Under the pieces are notes generated by a model. It was not told the DNA's origin. It did not search any database and saw only the letters and a program-made list of their open reading frames with translations. The translations under genes were made by a program, and so were the position numbers. DNA of 64,000 bases from Mobula hypostoma (taxonomy: Eukaryota), in NCBI RefSeq assembly GCF_963921235.1, contig NC_086097.1, positions 54,004,001-54,068,000 of the forward strand. Direction: 5' to 3'. Shown here piece after piece: positions 52,471 to 64,000 of this stretch. The number at the start of each line of letters is the position of its first letter. Position 1 is the first letter of the stretch.

Positions 52471-53078
52471 TAATAAGACAATAAGACAAAGGAGCAGAAG
52501 CCGGCCATTCGGCTCATCGAGTCTGCTCCGCCATTTTATCATGAGCTGATCCATTCTCCCATCTAGTCCCACTCCCCTGCCTTCTCACCATAACCTTTGA
52601 TACCCTGGCTACTCAGATACCTATCAATCTCTGCCTTAAATACACCCAATGACTTGACCTCCATTGCTGCCCGTGGCAATAAATTCCACAGGTTCACCAC
52701 CCTCTGGCTAAAAAAATTTCTTCGCATCTCTGTTCTGAATGGGCGCCCTTCAATCCTTAAGTCATGCTCTCTCGTACTAGACTCCCCCACCATGGGGAAC
52801 AACTTTGCCACATCCACTCTGTCCATGCCTTTCAACATTCGAAATGTTTCTATGAGGTCCCCCCTCATTCTTCTAAACTCCAAGGAGTACAGTCCAAGAG
52901 TGGTCAAATGTTCCTCATATGTTAATCCTCTCATTCCCGAAATCATTCAAGTGAATCTTCTCTGAGCCCTCTCCAATGTCAGCACATCCTTTCTTGAATA
53001 AGGAGCCCAAAACTGCACACAATACTCCAAGTGAGGTCTTACCAGTGCTTTATAGAGCCTTAACATCACATCCCTGCT
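52471..53078 (-). mobile_element. CR1 3' fragment
   Basis: ORF 52563..52946 LGLYSLEFRRMRGDLIE...NFFSQRVV; (taagacaa) tail. Confidence 0.88.
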
Positions 53079-53873
53079 AATTGTTAAGATGATTCTGCTA
53101 CGTTAAGGCTGTTTGATAGTTGCTGCTTTTGGCAATGTGATCCTCAAGCCCCTTTCCAACAGAGTCATCAGCCATTTCAATCAAAGCCCATTTTAAAACT
53201 GCAGCAGATGTTCATCATGTATGGTTTCAATCAGAAGACACTTCCTGCAACTTCTATCTTTCATTGGCATGCTGTTGGAAATAGATGTCCCCAAAACCCG
53301 GGCACAAACTTTTCTGGAATATATTAATTGCACTAAACCCAACTCAGAAATTAAACCATTTGCCTGGAGGTCTAGCATATTCTGTCAAGTAAACAGAAGT
53401 TAAGTAAAAAAAAGAATCTAGTGTTTTCCTGGAGCATATGACAAATAAACTCTTCTTGGGCTTACAGCCAGGTACAAGTATTGATTTTAAACTATTGATA
53501 TAATATTCAGAAATGTTTGAAAGCAGCAACAATAATGCAGTCTTATAGGTAAAACAGCATCTGCAAAATCAGGACATAAAATATCATATTGGCTGTGCAT
53601 TAATTGAAACTTTGATGCAATGTCCCAACATGATAAGAATCAAGATGCTAAAATGCTATGTGTGATATAACATGAATATCTAATACAAATATTAGCTAAT
53701 TATTCTAAAAATATTGAACTATTATTACAGACCAAGTGCTGGTGAATGGAATTAGTCTGGATGGCTTCTGACAATCGGCATGGATATGGTGGGTTGAAGA
53801 ACTTCATCCGGTGCTATGATTCAATCTGTTAAAAGGGCAAGGACTACTTCCTAAGTCCCTCAGTTTTACAAGC

Positions 53874-53978
53874 TTTACAGTCAGAAGGACACTCAAACAT
53901 TTAAACATCAATTTTACTGTCACAAGGATACTTAAACATTTAAACATCAGGTTTACAGTCACAAAGGCACTTAAACAT
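53874..53978. repeat. Minisatellite, 39-bp unit, ~2.7 copies
   Basis: tttacagtca..gg.act.aaacatttaaacatca recurs with starts at 53874, 53913 and 53952. Confidence 0.8.
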
Positions 53979-54344
53979 AGGCTTAGCTTTCAATAATTTG
54001 CCATGAAGCAAATCTCATAGTGCATCAGGACTTTAGCAGAATGGAAATAACACTAAGAATAAATGGAAAGAGGAACTGCCATTGTTCTCAGTGCAATGAA
54101 TGAGAACGATCTACTCATTCTCATTTAACAGGGTGGAATGAACAATCAAGTACCAGATAAAATTCTTTGTGATGTAATGTCAGCTATTCATTTTAGGAAG
54201 AGGAATAAAAGAGAACAGTTTTAAAGAGAATGCTTGCATGCAAATCATTTAAAGTGATGGGACAAAGTAAGACAGTAATTAACAAGCCATTTGGAATCCA
54301 AAGCTTTCCAACTGAGGCCCCGAGTTCAAAAGATAGGAGGTCAT

Positions 54345-54578
54345 CTGAATCAGGTTTAATATCACTGGCATGTGTCGAGAAATTTGTTAGTTTAGTGGCA
54401 GCAGTACAATGCAATACATGATAAACACAGAAAAAATAAATCAATTTATATATATATATAAAATAGTGAAATTAAAAATAGTGCAAAAACAGAAAAAAAA
54501 GTGAGGTAGTGTTCATGGGTTCAAAGACCATTTCAAAATCAGATGGCAGAGGGGAAGAAGCTGTTCCTGAATCGCTGA
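54345..54578 (-). mobile_element. Rex1/Babar 3' tail
   Basis: Reverse complement of the tail family at 11250-11516. Confidence 0.75.
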
Positions 54579-57359
54579 CCAAAATAAAACAATAGCTCCC
54601 AAACTGGAGTAATGTGTGGAATTCTGACCACAATATTTTTGGACACACATAAAAATCTTGGAGTGGTTACAGAAAAGGGCTATGAGAATTGTTATAGTGT
54701 TGAATGTTTATAATAACATGGGGAGACTGGAGAAGTTGAAGTTGTTCTATTTGAACAAGAAAGGCTGGCAGATTTGTCAATGGTGTTATAATGGAGGATT
54801 CAGATAGACAAAGAGGCAGAAGTAGCTTCCAATGACCAGAAGTAGAGATAGGTGATATGCAAGATGCTGAGGTGACATGAGGAGAACTTTTTATAAGTAA
54901 TGAATGTTTAATATTTGGAGGGCATTATCTGATAAGATAATGGACATTGATTTTTACAGAAGCCCTTTACAAAAACTCAGATAAATTGCAGAAACATATG
55001 AAAAATAAAGGGGAGACCATGGAATTAATTGGATTGAATTTTCAGACAAATGAGCTTGGATTTGATGCTTTTTTCAGTGGTATTTGTTGATCAACAACAA
55101 ACTTGCCTCAAATTTATATTTTAAAATGTGGATATTGTTACCTAAATAATTACTATATAATCTGTATACTCAATTCTATTTCTTTAAGTATGATAGCTAA
55201 AATGATACTACAATTAATATTGCAAATTGATTCTAGTGTGATAATTACATATTAATGCCTATGGCCATTTACTGGAAAAGCACAGTTCACATATTGCAGA
55301 AAGAGTTTGCTTTGCAGTCTTTCTGTGTCATGAATCTTAAATCCCAAAAGACTGTTGGATTGGGGAAATGTCAGTGTCAAATTGCAAAAAAATAAAATCA
55401 GGAAAAGGACCAAACCAAACCAGTTCCACTTTAAATAGGAGTAAGATGTGCATGAGAAAAGGTTAATTAATTAAATATTCTGATGAGGCTACCTGTTGTC
55501 ATTTTAACAATGTTCTGGTTTTAGCTACAGCCAGCACAATTCCCAACCCAACAGCACAGAACAGTTAGGGAGGCCTGACTCAAGGATCTTGTATTGTTTC
55601 CTTTACGTTATCTAGTCATCATAAAGCTCGACTGTGATACATACACAATCCAACTGCAGCACAACCTTTGTCAAACAGTTCCTCTCCAGATCAGGACATA
55701 TCCACTTAACAGGACCCCAAAGACTATCAGATCCCCACCCTCACTGTACCGGTCACTGGGAGCCTCATGATCATCATCACGCTGTAGTTTATATGGTCTC
55801 CTTTAGTTTTCTCTATTTTCTTTCTTGCTGCCAATTGGCAGGTGGGTGATGTGTTCCCTTCTGGGCGTGGGAGGGGTTGGGGATTTGAGGACTGATGTTC
55901 TTGTTCATGTTTTCCCGTGTGGGCAATCTGTTAGATTTTTGTGTGCGAGAGAGGGGGTTGGAGGTTTGGGGTTTGCAGGTTCAGTTTCTTTTTTTGTGTG
56001 TGTGGTGGGAGGGAGATGGTTGATTTCTTTTTTCTTTCAACGATTTCCATGGTTTTTCTGTATTTCATGGCTATCTGGAGAAGATGGCTCTCAGAGTTGT
56101 ATCCTGTGTACATATTCTTATAATAGAATGAACCTTTGTTCCTTTGAACCTCCTTTGATTAGGACAAACCGATCATAAGAGAACCATCAGCCCCACCATG
56201 ATCAGCAATTCACCAATTACCATTGAACAGCTTTCTCATTCCACCACTGCGGACAGCACTCTTCCTGACACCCAAACTTCCCTCCTCTTCCCCTCTCCCC
56301 TTCAACCTGTGTCCCTGACCACATGATCACGTGAGTGGAACTTTCTGGTAATTCAGGCTTCCCTGTAATCCAGGCAACCCCTGCTCCCCAATCATTCTTG
56401 CCTGCTGCTCTCCTGGGCTTCATTCTTCTAAGGGAAGCCTTCCAGATGAGACACCACCTGAAGGACGTTTTGAACTTAATTTTTGTTCTTGGGAAACCTA
56501 TCTGTGAGCTTCCTAACCACAATAAAAGCCCACTGCTCCTTATTCCATTCACAGATCTTGGCTGCAGAGCAAAAACCAATCCTATATTATATCAGCCTTC
56601 ACTATTATGCATTTATGATTTTACAATCTCGGTTTAGAAATCAAAACAGCATTTGATTGAATTTGGCAACAAGGAGCCGTAGGTAAACTGGAGTCAATGG
56701 AAATCAGGGGAAACCCTTCACTGTTTGGTAAAAAAGGGAAAGAATTGATGGTTGGAGGTCAATCATCTCAGTAACAGGATATGTCTGCAGAAGTTCCTCA
56801 GGGTGTGCCCAAGAGTCAATCACCTTCCGTGACTTTCCTTCAATCAAAAGACCAGAAGTAGGGGTACACACTGATGATTGCACAATGCTAAGGACCATTC
56901 ATAATGCAGCAGTGAGTATCAAAATGCAGCAGGACCTGAACAATATAAAGCCTGGGCTAATAGATGGCAGATAACATTCACAGCACACGTGGTATGGAGT
57001 GATGATATTCAACAAGAGGAAATCCACCTAACATCTCCTGACATTTAATGGCATTACCGTCACCAATCCCCCCATTGTCAATACCTGTGGATTAACACTG
57101 ATCAGATACTGACCTGGAGTCATAAATATTATATGACTACAAAAGCGAGCCAGATGCAATGGGTTTTAACTCACTTTCTAACTTCCCAAAATCTGTTTGC
57201 CATCTAAAATGCTGAGATCAGGAGGGTGAGTTGAGTGCAGCTTCAATAACACTCAAGAAGCTCGACAGGACATAGGATGAACTGCAGCATCCCACCAAGG
57301 CTCCTTGGATGGCACCTTTCAAATGCATGACCTCTACCAGCTAGACAGACAAAGATAGC

Positions 57360-60300
57360 GGAACATAGAACAGTACAGTACAGTACAGGCTCTTTGGCCC
57401 ACAAAACTGTGCAGAACTTTTAACCTATGACAAGAACAATCTAACCCTTTCCTCTCACATAACCCTCTATTCTTCCTTCATCCATGTGCCTATCTGAAAG
57501 TCTATTAAATATCCCTAATATATCTGCCTCTACCACCACCCCTGGCAGTGTGTTCCATCCACCCATCACTCTGTGTCTAAGAAAAAACCTACCACAGATA
57601 ATCTCTCTGTATTTCCTCCAAGCACCTTAAAAATATGTCCTCTAGTATCAGCTATTGCCACCCTGGGAAAAAGTCTCTGACTGTGCATTCTGACCATGCT
57701 TTTATCATCTTATACAGCTCTGTCAAGCTTCCTTTTGTCCTCCTTTGCTCCAAAGAGAAAAGCCCTAGCTCGCTCAACCTTTCTCATAAGAAATGTTTTC
57801 GAATCCAGGCAGCATCCTGGTTAATCTCCTCCAAGTGTTCTCCAGAGCTTCCACATCCTTCCGGTAATGAGGTGACCAGAATTTAACACAAAATTCTAAG
57901 TGTGGTATAACCACAGTTTTATAGAGTTGCAACATTACCTCACGGCTCTTGAACTCAGTCCCCCAACTAACAAAGGTCAACATATTATATGTCTTCTTAG
58001 CCATCCTATCAACTTGCAAGGCAACTTTGAGGAATCTGTGGACTTGGACCTCAAAATCCTGCTGGTTCTCCCCACGGCTAAGAACCCTGCCATTAACCCT
58101 GTACTCTGCCTTCAAGTTCAACCTTCCAAAGTGTATCACTTCACACTTTTACGGATCTGCCACCTCTCAACCCAGCTCTGCATCCTGTCAATGTCCCGTT
58201 GTAACCTACAATTACTTTCTACACTGTCCACAACACCATCAACTTTTCGTTACCTGTATACTTACTAGTCCATCCTTCCACTTCCTCATTTACTGCAAGT
58301 CATTTATAAAAATCACAAAGAATCCCTGCGGAACGGAAATAGATTTAGACCTCCAGGCAGACCCGCTGAGTTCCTCCAGCATGTTGTGAGTGTGACTCTT
58401 CTTCGCCTACTTTCTGTCAGCAAATCAACTGCAAATACATGCAGCCAAGTTCCTCTGGATTCCATGGCCCCTAACTTTCTGAATGAGCCTACAATGGGTA
58501 ACCTTGTTGAACACCTTACTAAAATCGTATATGTCACTTCCACTGCTCTACTTCAGCAATTCGTCTGGTCACTTCCTTGGAAAAAATAAATGAGGCTCGT
58601 AAGGCACAACCTGCCCGTCACAAAGCCATGCTGACTATCCCTAATCAGACGATGCTTCTCCAAATGCTTGTAGATCCTGTCTCCAGGAATGAATCTGAGA
58701 TATTCTGCCCACCACTGATGTAAAACTCACTGGTTTATAATTCCCAGGGTTATCTCTATTACCCTTCTTTAGCAAAGGAATAACATTTCCTACCCTCCAA
58801 TCATCTATTACCACTCCTGTGGCCAGCAAGGCCACAAAGATCATTGCGGAAGGCGCAGCAATCTTGTTTCCTGTAGTAACCTGGCTTATATGCCGTCTGG
58901 CCCCAGGGACTTCACTATCCAAATGTTATTCAAATGTTACAGCACACCCCCTTTCTTAATGTTGACATATTCTAGCATATCAGCCTGTTTTGCGTTGTCC
59001 TTATGACATCATGTTCCCTCTCATTGCTGAGTACTGAGCTAAGTATTCATTAAGGACCTCTCCTAACTCCTCCCTTCCCTGCCTCAATGGGACAAACCTA
59101 TACAGAACCCCATGCAAGAGCTCCTTAAACAACCTCCACATTTCTGTTTTGCATTTCCCTGAATACATCTGTCCCCAATTAATAATCCCAGGCACCTGCC
59201 TAAAAGCATCATAATTAGACCTTTCCCCCAGTTAAGTACTTACCCATACTGCCTGCTCCTATCACTGTCCAAGACTATGGGAGAGGTCGGGGGGTTATGG
59301 CCACCGTCTCAGAAAAGCTTGCCCACCGAGTTATCTGTCAGTTGACCAGGTTCATTGCCTTGTACTAGATCCAGCATGGCCTCTCCTCTAGTTGGCCTGT
59401 CCACCTATTATGTCAGGAATCCTTCCTGGACACACCTGACATATTCTGCCCCATCTAAGCCTCTTGTACTAAGGAGGTATCACCCACAACTTTCAAGGAT
59501 AATTCATCTCATGTTCTCAATATTTAATGCTTATTTATTTATTTATTATTTGTTTTTTTTTCTTTTGTTTTTTCATAGTTTGTTGTCTTTTGCACTTTGG
59601 TTGTTTGCCCTGTTGGGTGCAGTCCTCCATTGATTCTATTTTGATTATTGGATTTACTAAGTATGCCCACAAGAAAATGAATCCCAGGGTTGGATATGGT
59701 GAAATATATGTACTTTGATAACAAATTTACTTTAAACTTGGAACCCTGACACTTCTCACATTAAAGTAAGCATACTTCAGCCCATCCAAGTACTGCAATT
59801 ATGCCTTTTCCAGTGTTGTCCTTCCTCACAGTCTCTCCACACATTGCATCTATCTTTACACCAATTGCTCCATCCTCTGATTTACCACTTTGGATCCCAT
59901 CCCACTGACAAACTAGTTTAAACCCTCCCCAACAGCCTGAGCAAACCTGCTCAAAAGGATATTGGTCTCTCTTGAGTTCAGGTTTAACCCATCCCTTTTG
60001 TATAGGTTATAACTTCCCAGAAGAATCTATGATCCACAACAAATCTAAACCCAGTCGCCCACACCAAATCTTCAGCCACATCCTCATCGGCCAAATAATA
60101 CAATTTTTACCCTCATTGGTACTTGGCGCAGGCAGCAAACCTGAGATTATTACCTCTGAGGTCCTGCTTATTAGCTTCCTTCCCAGCTCCCTATATTCAC
60201 TCTTCAGGACCACATGCATTTCCCTAGCTATGTCTTTCATACCAATAGTTGCCACAACTTTTGGCAGCTCTCCCTCCCCCTTACGAATGCTGTGAATTCG

Positions 60301-60360
60301 ATCTGAGATGCTACTAACCTTGGCGGCCGGGACGCAACATACCATTCGGGTGTCGCTTAC
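57360..60360 (-). mobile_element. Long degraded CR1 with ORF1 esterase remnant and nested small insertions (~58325-58392, ~59480-59745)
   Basis: Minus-strand MVCCVPAAKVSSISDR (ORF1), GNYKPVSFTSVVG, PHLEFCVKFWSPHYRKD; gaacatagaacagtac tail at 57361. Confidence 0.82.
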
Positions 60361-62002
60361 ACATCCACAGAATCACTTGTCTGTGGAACCTAACTATTTA
60401 ATCCTCTATTACCACCGCTCTCCTATTCTTCCCTCTTCTCTCTTCCCTTCTGAGCCACAGAGCCAGACTCTGTCTTGGAAACCTGGTTGCTGAAGCTTTT
60501 TCTCTTCCCTTTCCCTCACCAGACAGATCTCAGCTACATGCCTCCTGCAACTTAGGTGTGACTGCCTCTCTGTAGCTCCTATCGATGGCCTCCTCATTCT
60601 CCTCCAAACCTTGGAAGTTGCCCTCCAAGCCATTCACCATCTTGAGTCAAAATCCTGGAACTCCTCCCTAACTTCATTGTGGATATACCCACACCTTAAG
60701 GACTTCAGTAGTTCAAGAAGGCAGGTCACCACCACCTTGTCAAGGGCAACTGGGGATGGGCAATTAAAAGCTGGCTCAGCCTATGAAGCCCATGTCCCTT
60801 GAATGAAGAAAAACAATATTGTATTATTTTTAATAATACTTTTTAAGAGATTTGTACTTTTTAATAAACTCATGTACTTTTCACACTTGCTGGCAGAAGG
60901 TGGTATAACAGCTAAACTAACGGTATGTCACCTTTCTCATGTTTCATTGGCTGAGTATTAGCATATTACTCATGTGATGTAATTGTTATCATTATGTAGC
61001 TTATTAACAAATTTACCTCTAAGGAATTTCTCTTATCTTATCTATAACAGTGATAGATTTTTCAGAAGCATCATCTTTATTCTTTTGTCTTCGCATGAAT
61101 TCCCCTCTTAGCACTGTTTCTTAGTTCCTTATTTAGTTTTGTTAGCATTTGTATGTTTGATTGTGCTCTAAAATAAACTGAAATCTTGGAATTAAGACTG
61201 CTCACCATTTTTGACTCCTTGGAACAAACTTAAGGATCATAAATAAGCAGAGATCCAACATGAGGTAGCTGATCAAGATCATGATACTAATGGACTGCTA
61301 TTTCCTGCAGGAATAGAGCTCTGCCGATGCCTGAACACGTGTGCCTGGGTTTTAAAAATGTGGAGGATATTTTAATTTCAGTCTACATTGTGGACATGGA
61401 CAGTCAGTCAGCCACTGACAAATGGATGTGGCCTTTTTGAATCAACAGATGGGACTTACATTTTTTTCCTATCTCATCTGAAGCAGTTGGAAACTATATT
61501 AGCTCATGATTTCATTACATGACTGATTCTATTACCAGTACATTTGATAATCTGTCTTTATGGCTTGCAAATTGCATGCCTGAGATGATAGAAAAATAAC
61601 AAAGGTACAATGCCTGTGAATCTTTCAAATTGTTATCTTACATAATTGTTTCATTGTCTTTAAGCTGCATGAAAGAGCAAATTGAAGGCATTAAATTTAC
61701 CTCCAGGCATCAATTTTTGGAAACTACAATTGTAGCTTGCTACACATCAGCAATCAGTGGCACCATGCCACCAATTTGACATATAAAAGCTCACTGAGGC
61801 TGCTTACGTGGGGTAGGATTAAGGCCTAAGTACTTATCAGGCAACACTCTGCTATTTCCTTTGTATCTGCTGGAATTTCTCCAGAACTAACTGTTCTTAA
61901 AGTGATATCATCCGCTCGAACTGCAGTTTTACAAAACAGTAGGTAGTGTCATTAATAGTCAGGATACACAAGAATACTACTTGATGTCACTTCAAATATG
62001 AA

Positions 62003-62470
62003 GATTAGATTAGATTAGATTCAACTTTATTATCATTGTGCCGAGTACAGATACAAAGCCAATGAAATGCGTTTAGCATCTGACCAGAAATGCAAAGAAT
62101 AGTGTTATTTACAAAATAACTGCGAATTAAAAAAGTGCTACAGCACACAAATATAAAAGTACTGAGACAGTACAATACGGAAGCAATACTGCTTAGCGCT
62201 GTGATGAGAGGTTCAGCAGGGTCACAGCCTCAGGGAAGAAGCGCTTCCTGTGCCTGCTGGTGCAGGAGTGGAGGCTCCTGTAGCGCCTACTGGATGGGAG
62301 GAGAATAAAAAGTCCATGGTTAGGGTGAGATGCATCCCTGATAATGCTTTTCGCCCTGCCCAGGCAACGCTCATGGTAGATGTTCTCAATGGTTGGCAAC
62401 TGGGTGCCGATAATCCGCTGGGCAGTTTTCACCACACGCTGGAGTGCTTTGCGGTCCGATACGGGACAAT
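62003..62470 (-). mobile_element. Rex1/Babar 3' fragment with (AATCT)n tail
   Basis: DRKALQRVVKTAQRII...HPNHGLF.LLPS.RRYRS...FFPEAV. Confidence 0.85.
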
Positions 62471-63339
62471 GATTTAGAATCATTGAAGATGATTCATTGA
62501 AGATGGGACAATGAAGATGATTTATTATCTCCAAACTATAAATATTGCATTATGTTTTCATAAATCTTAATGTTAGTTATAGTTATCCACTGTATACATG
62601 TTTAAAAAGACTTTAAAAGATATATCATATGAGAATTTTAAATTTATATTAAAGCATTCATCACAACACCTATCATATCAAATTGCAGATAACAATAATA
62701 AAATTAAATTAGCCCTCTCCCACCAGGATAATTTAAGAACCATCAGCTCTATGGTATTCAATTGTTATTTCAAAGCATTTTTCTTGTATTCTTGCTGATA
62801 TGTTATTGCCACTAGTTTTCATATGTCACACATATAGATTCAAAACCTTTAACAAAGTGTATATAAAAAATAGAGACCAAGAGAGCAATGCTTGGGAGGC
62901 AACTGCAAAGGTAAACAGCCTTGTTCATGTCTTATGGGTACATGACTTTTAGACATTTTTATGCAATCATGAGTTGAGTATGGATAATAGATTCAATTCT
63001 GTTTTTTATCCTTAATTGAATTTAGGGACGATGATGTTGAGATATCTTCTTGAACACAGCTCATGTGGTTTCACACTGAGCAAGAAGGTAGGTTACTTGA
63101 AACTATGGTAACTCACCCAAAATGCCGGAGGAGCTCAGCATGGGCAACAACTATAGAAAGGAAGAAAGAGTCAATGTTTGGAGCTCTCTTGCTGAAAACC
63201 CAGAGTAGCATGCACCCACTTCATCAGCTACTTGGTAGGAAGTGTGTTAGAGTGACAAAGCAATGGCACTTTCCTCAGAATATCACTATCTGTTTGGGAT
63301 ATACTTAGCCCTGCAAGCATCTAACGTGCTACCCAGACC

Positions 63340-63920
63340 ATTCACCTCCATTCAAGGCCCCAAACAGTCCTTCCGGCTGAGGCAAAAGCTGGAAGCAGAA
63401 CTTCCCAGAGGTGAAATATTTTAATTCCTATCCCTAATCCTGTTCTGACATGTTGGTCCATGGCTATGATGAGACTACCCTCAGGATGGAGGTGCAGCAC
63501 TCCATATTCCGTCTCAATAGCCTCAAAGTTGATGGCATGAATATCAATTTCTCCTTCCGTAAAAATACATATTCCTTTTCCCTTCCCTTTTCTTCTGTTG
63601 CCCACTCTGACTTCTTACCTAGTCTCACCTACCTAACACCTCCCCCTGGGTCCCCTTCTCTTTCCCTTTCTCCTATGGTCCACTCTCCTCTCCTGTCAGA
63701 TTCCTTCCACTCCAGCCTTTTGGCTTTCCCACCCTCCTAGCTTCATCTATCACCTTCCAGCTGTCCTCCTTCCCTTCCCCCCACCTTTTTATTCTGGCAT
63801 CTTCCCCCTTCCTTTCCAGTCCTGAAGAAAGGTCTTAGCCCAAAACGTTGACTGTTTGTTCATTTCTGTGGATACTGCCTGGCCTACTGAGTTGCTCCAG
63901 CATTTTGTGTCTGTTGCTTG
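63340..63920 (+). mobile_element. Penelope-like element 3' part: GIY-YIG endonuclease C-terminal remnant, pyrimidine-rich UTR, hammerhead-like motif
   Basis: RMEVQHSIFRLNSLKVDGMNINFS resembles the PLE C-terminal E..hI..L....P.GhN motif; cagtcCTGAAGA...AAAACGTTgactg at 63817-63854. Confidence 0.75.
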
Positions 63921-64000
63921 GGATAGTCATGTTGTTTTGTAGCTCCTTGGAGATGCACCTGAGACTAGAACTCCAGAGGACAATATTCCATCAGCAGGTA

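Noticed and set aside
53874..53978. Possible CRISPR-like array
   Set aside because: Contiguous tandem units without unique spacers, eukaryotic context, no cas genes.
56165..56640. Possible Gypsy gag remnant (EWNKEQWAF on the minus strand)
   Set aside because: Too degraded; a single weak motif with no LTR or pol support.

Overview
Eukaryotic, repeat-dominated, AT-rich non-coding DNA. The mix of CR1, Rex1/Babar, HE1-like SINE and Penelope repeats suggests a cartilaginous fish, probably a ray (inference). I found no intact host gene, rRNA, tRNA or CRISPR array, and every ORF I could assign to a known protein family derives from a transposon apart from one short captured gene fragment. The window holds many CR1 LINEs (one nearly full length with ORF1 esterase and ORF2 EN+RT), Rex1/Babar fragments, two Tc1-like elements, a Buster-type hAT, a MITE, and a decayed 9.5-kb Gypsy element with both LTRs, PBS, PPT and a 5-bp TSD that carries several nested insertions. 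Two highlights: (1) a 178-bp, exactly circularly permuted piece of CYHR1/ZFTRAF1-like coding sequence inside a short RTE-derived element, resembling a re-integrated small DNA circle; (2) short Penelope-derived insertions with inverted arms, 11-14-bp TSDs and a degenerate minimal hammerhead-ribozyme motif. Family and gene names come from motif recognition, not database searches, and boundaries without a TSD are approximate.
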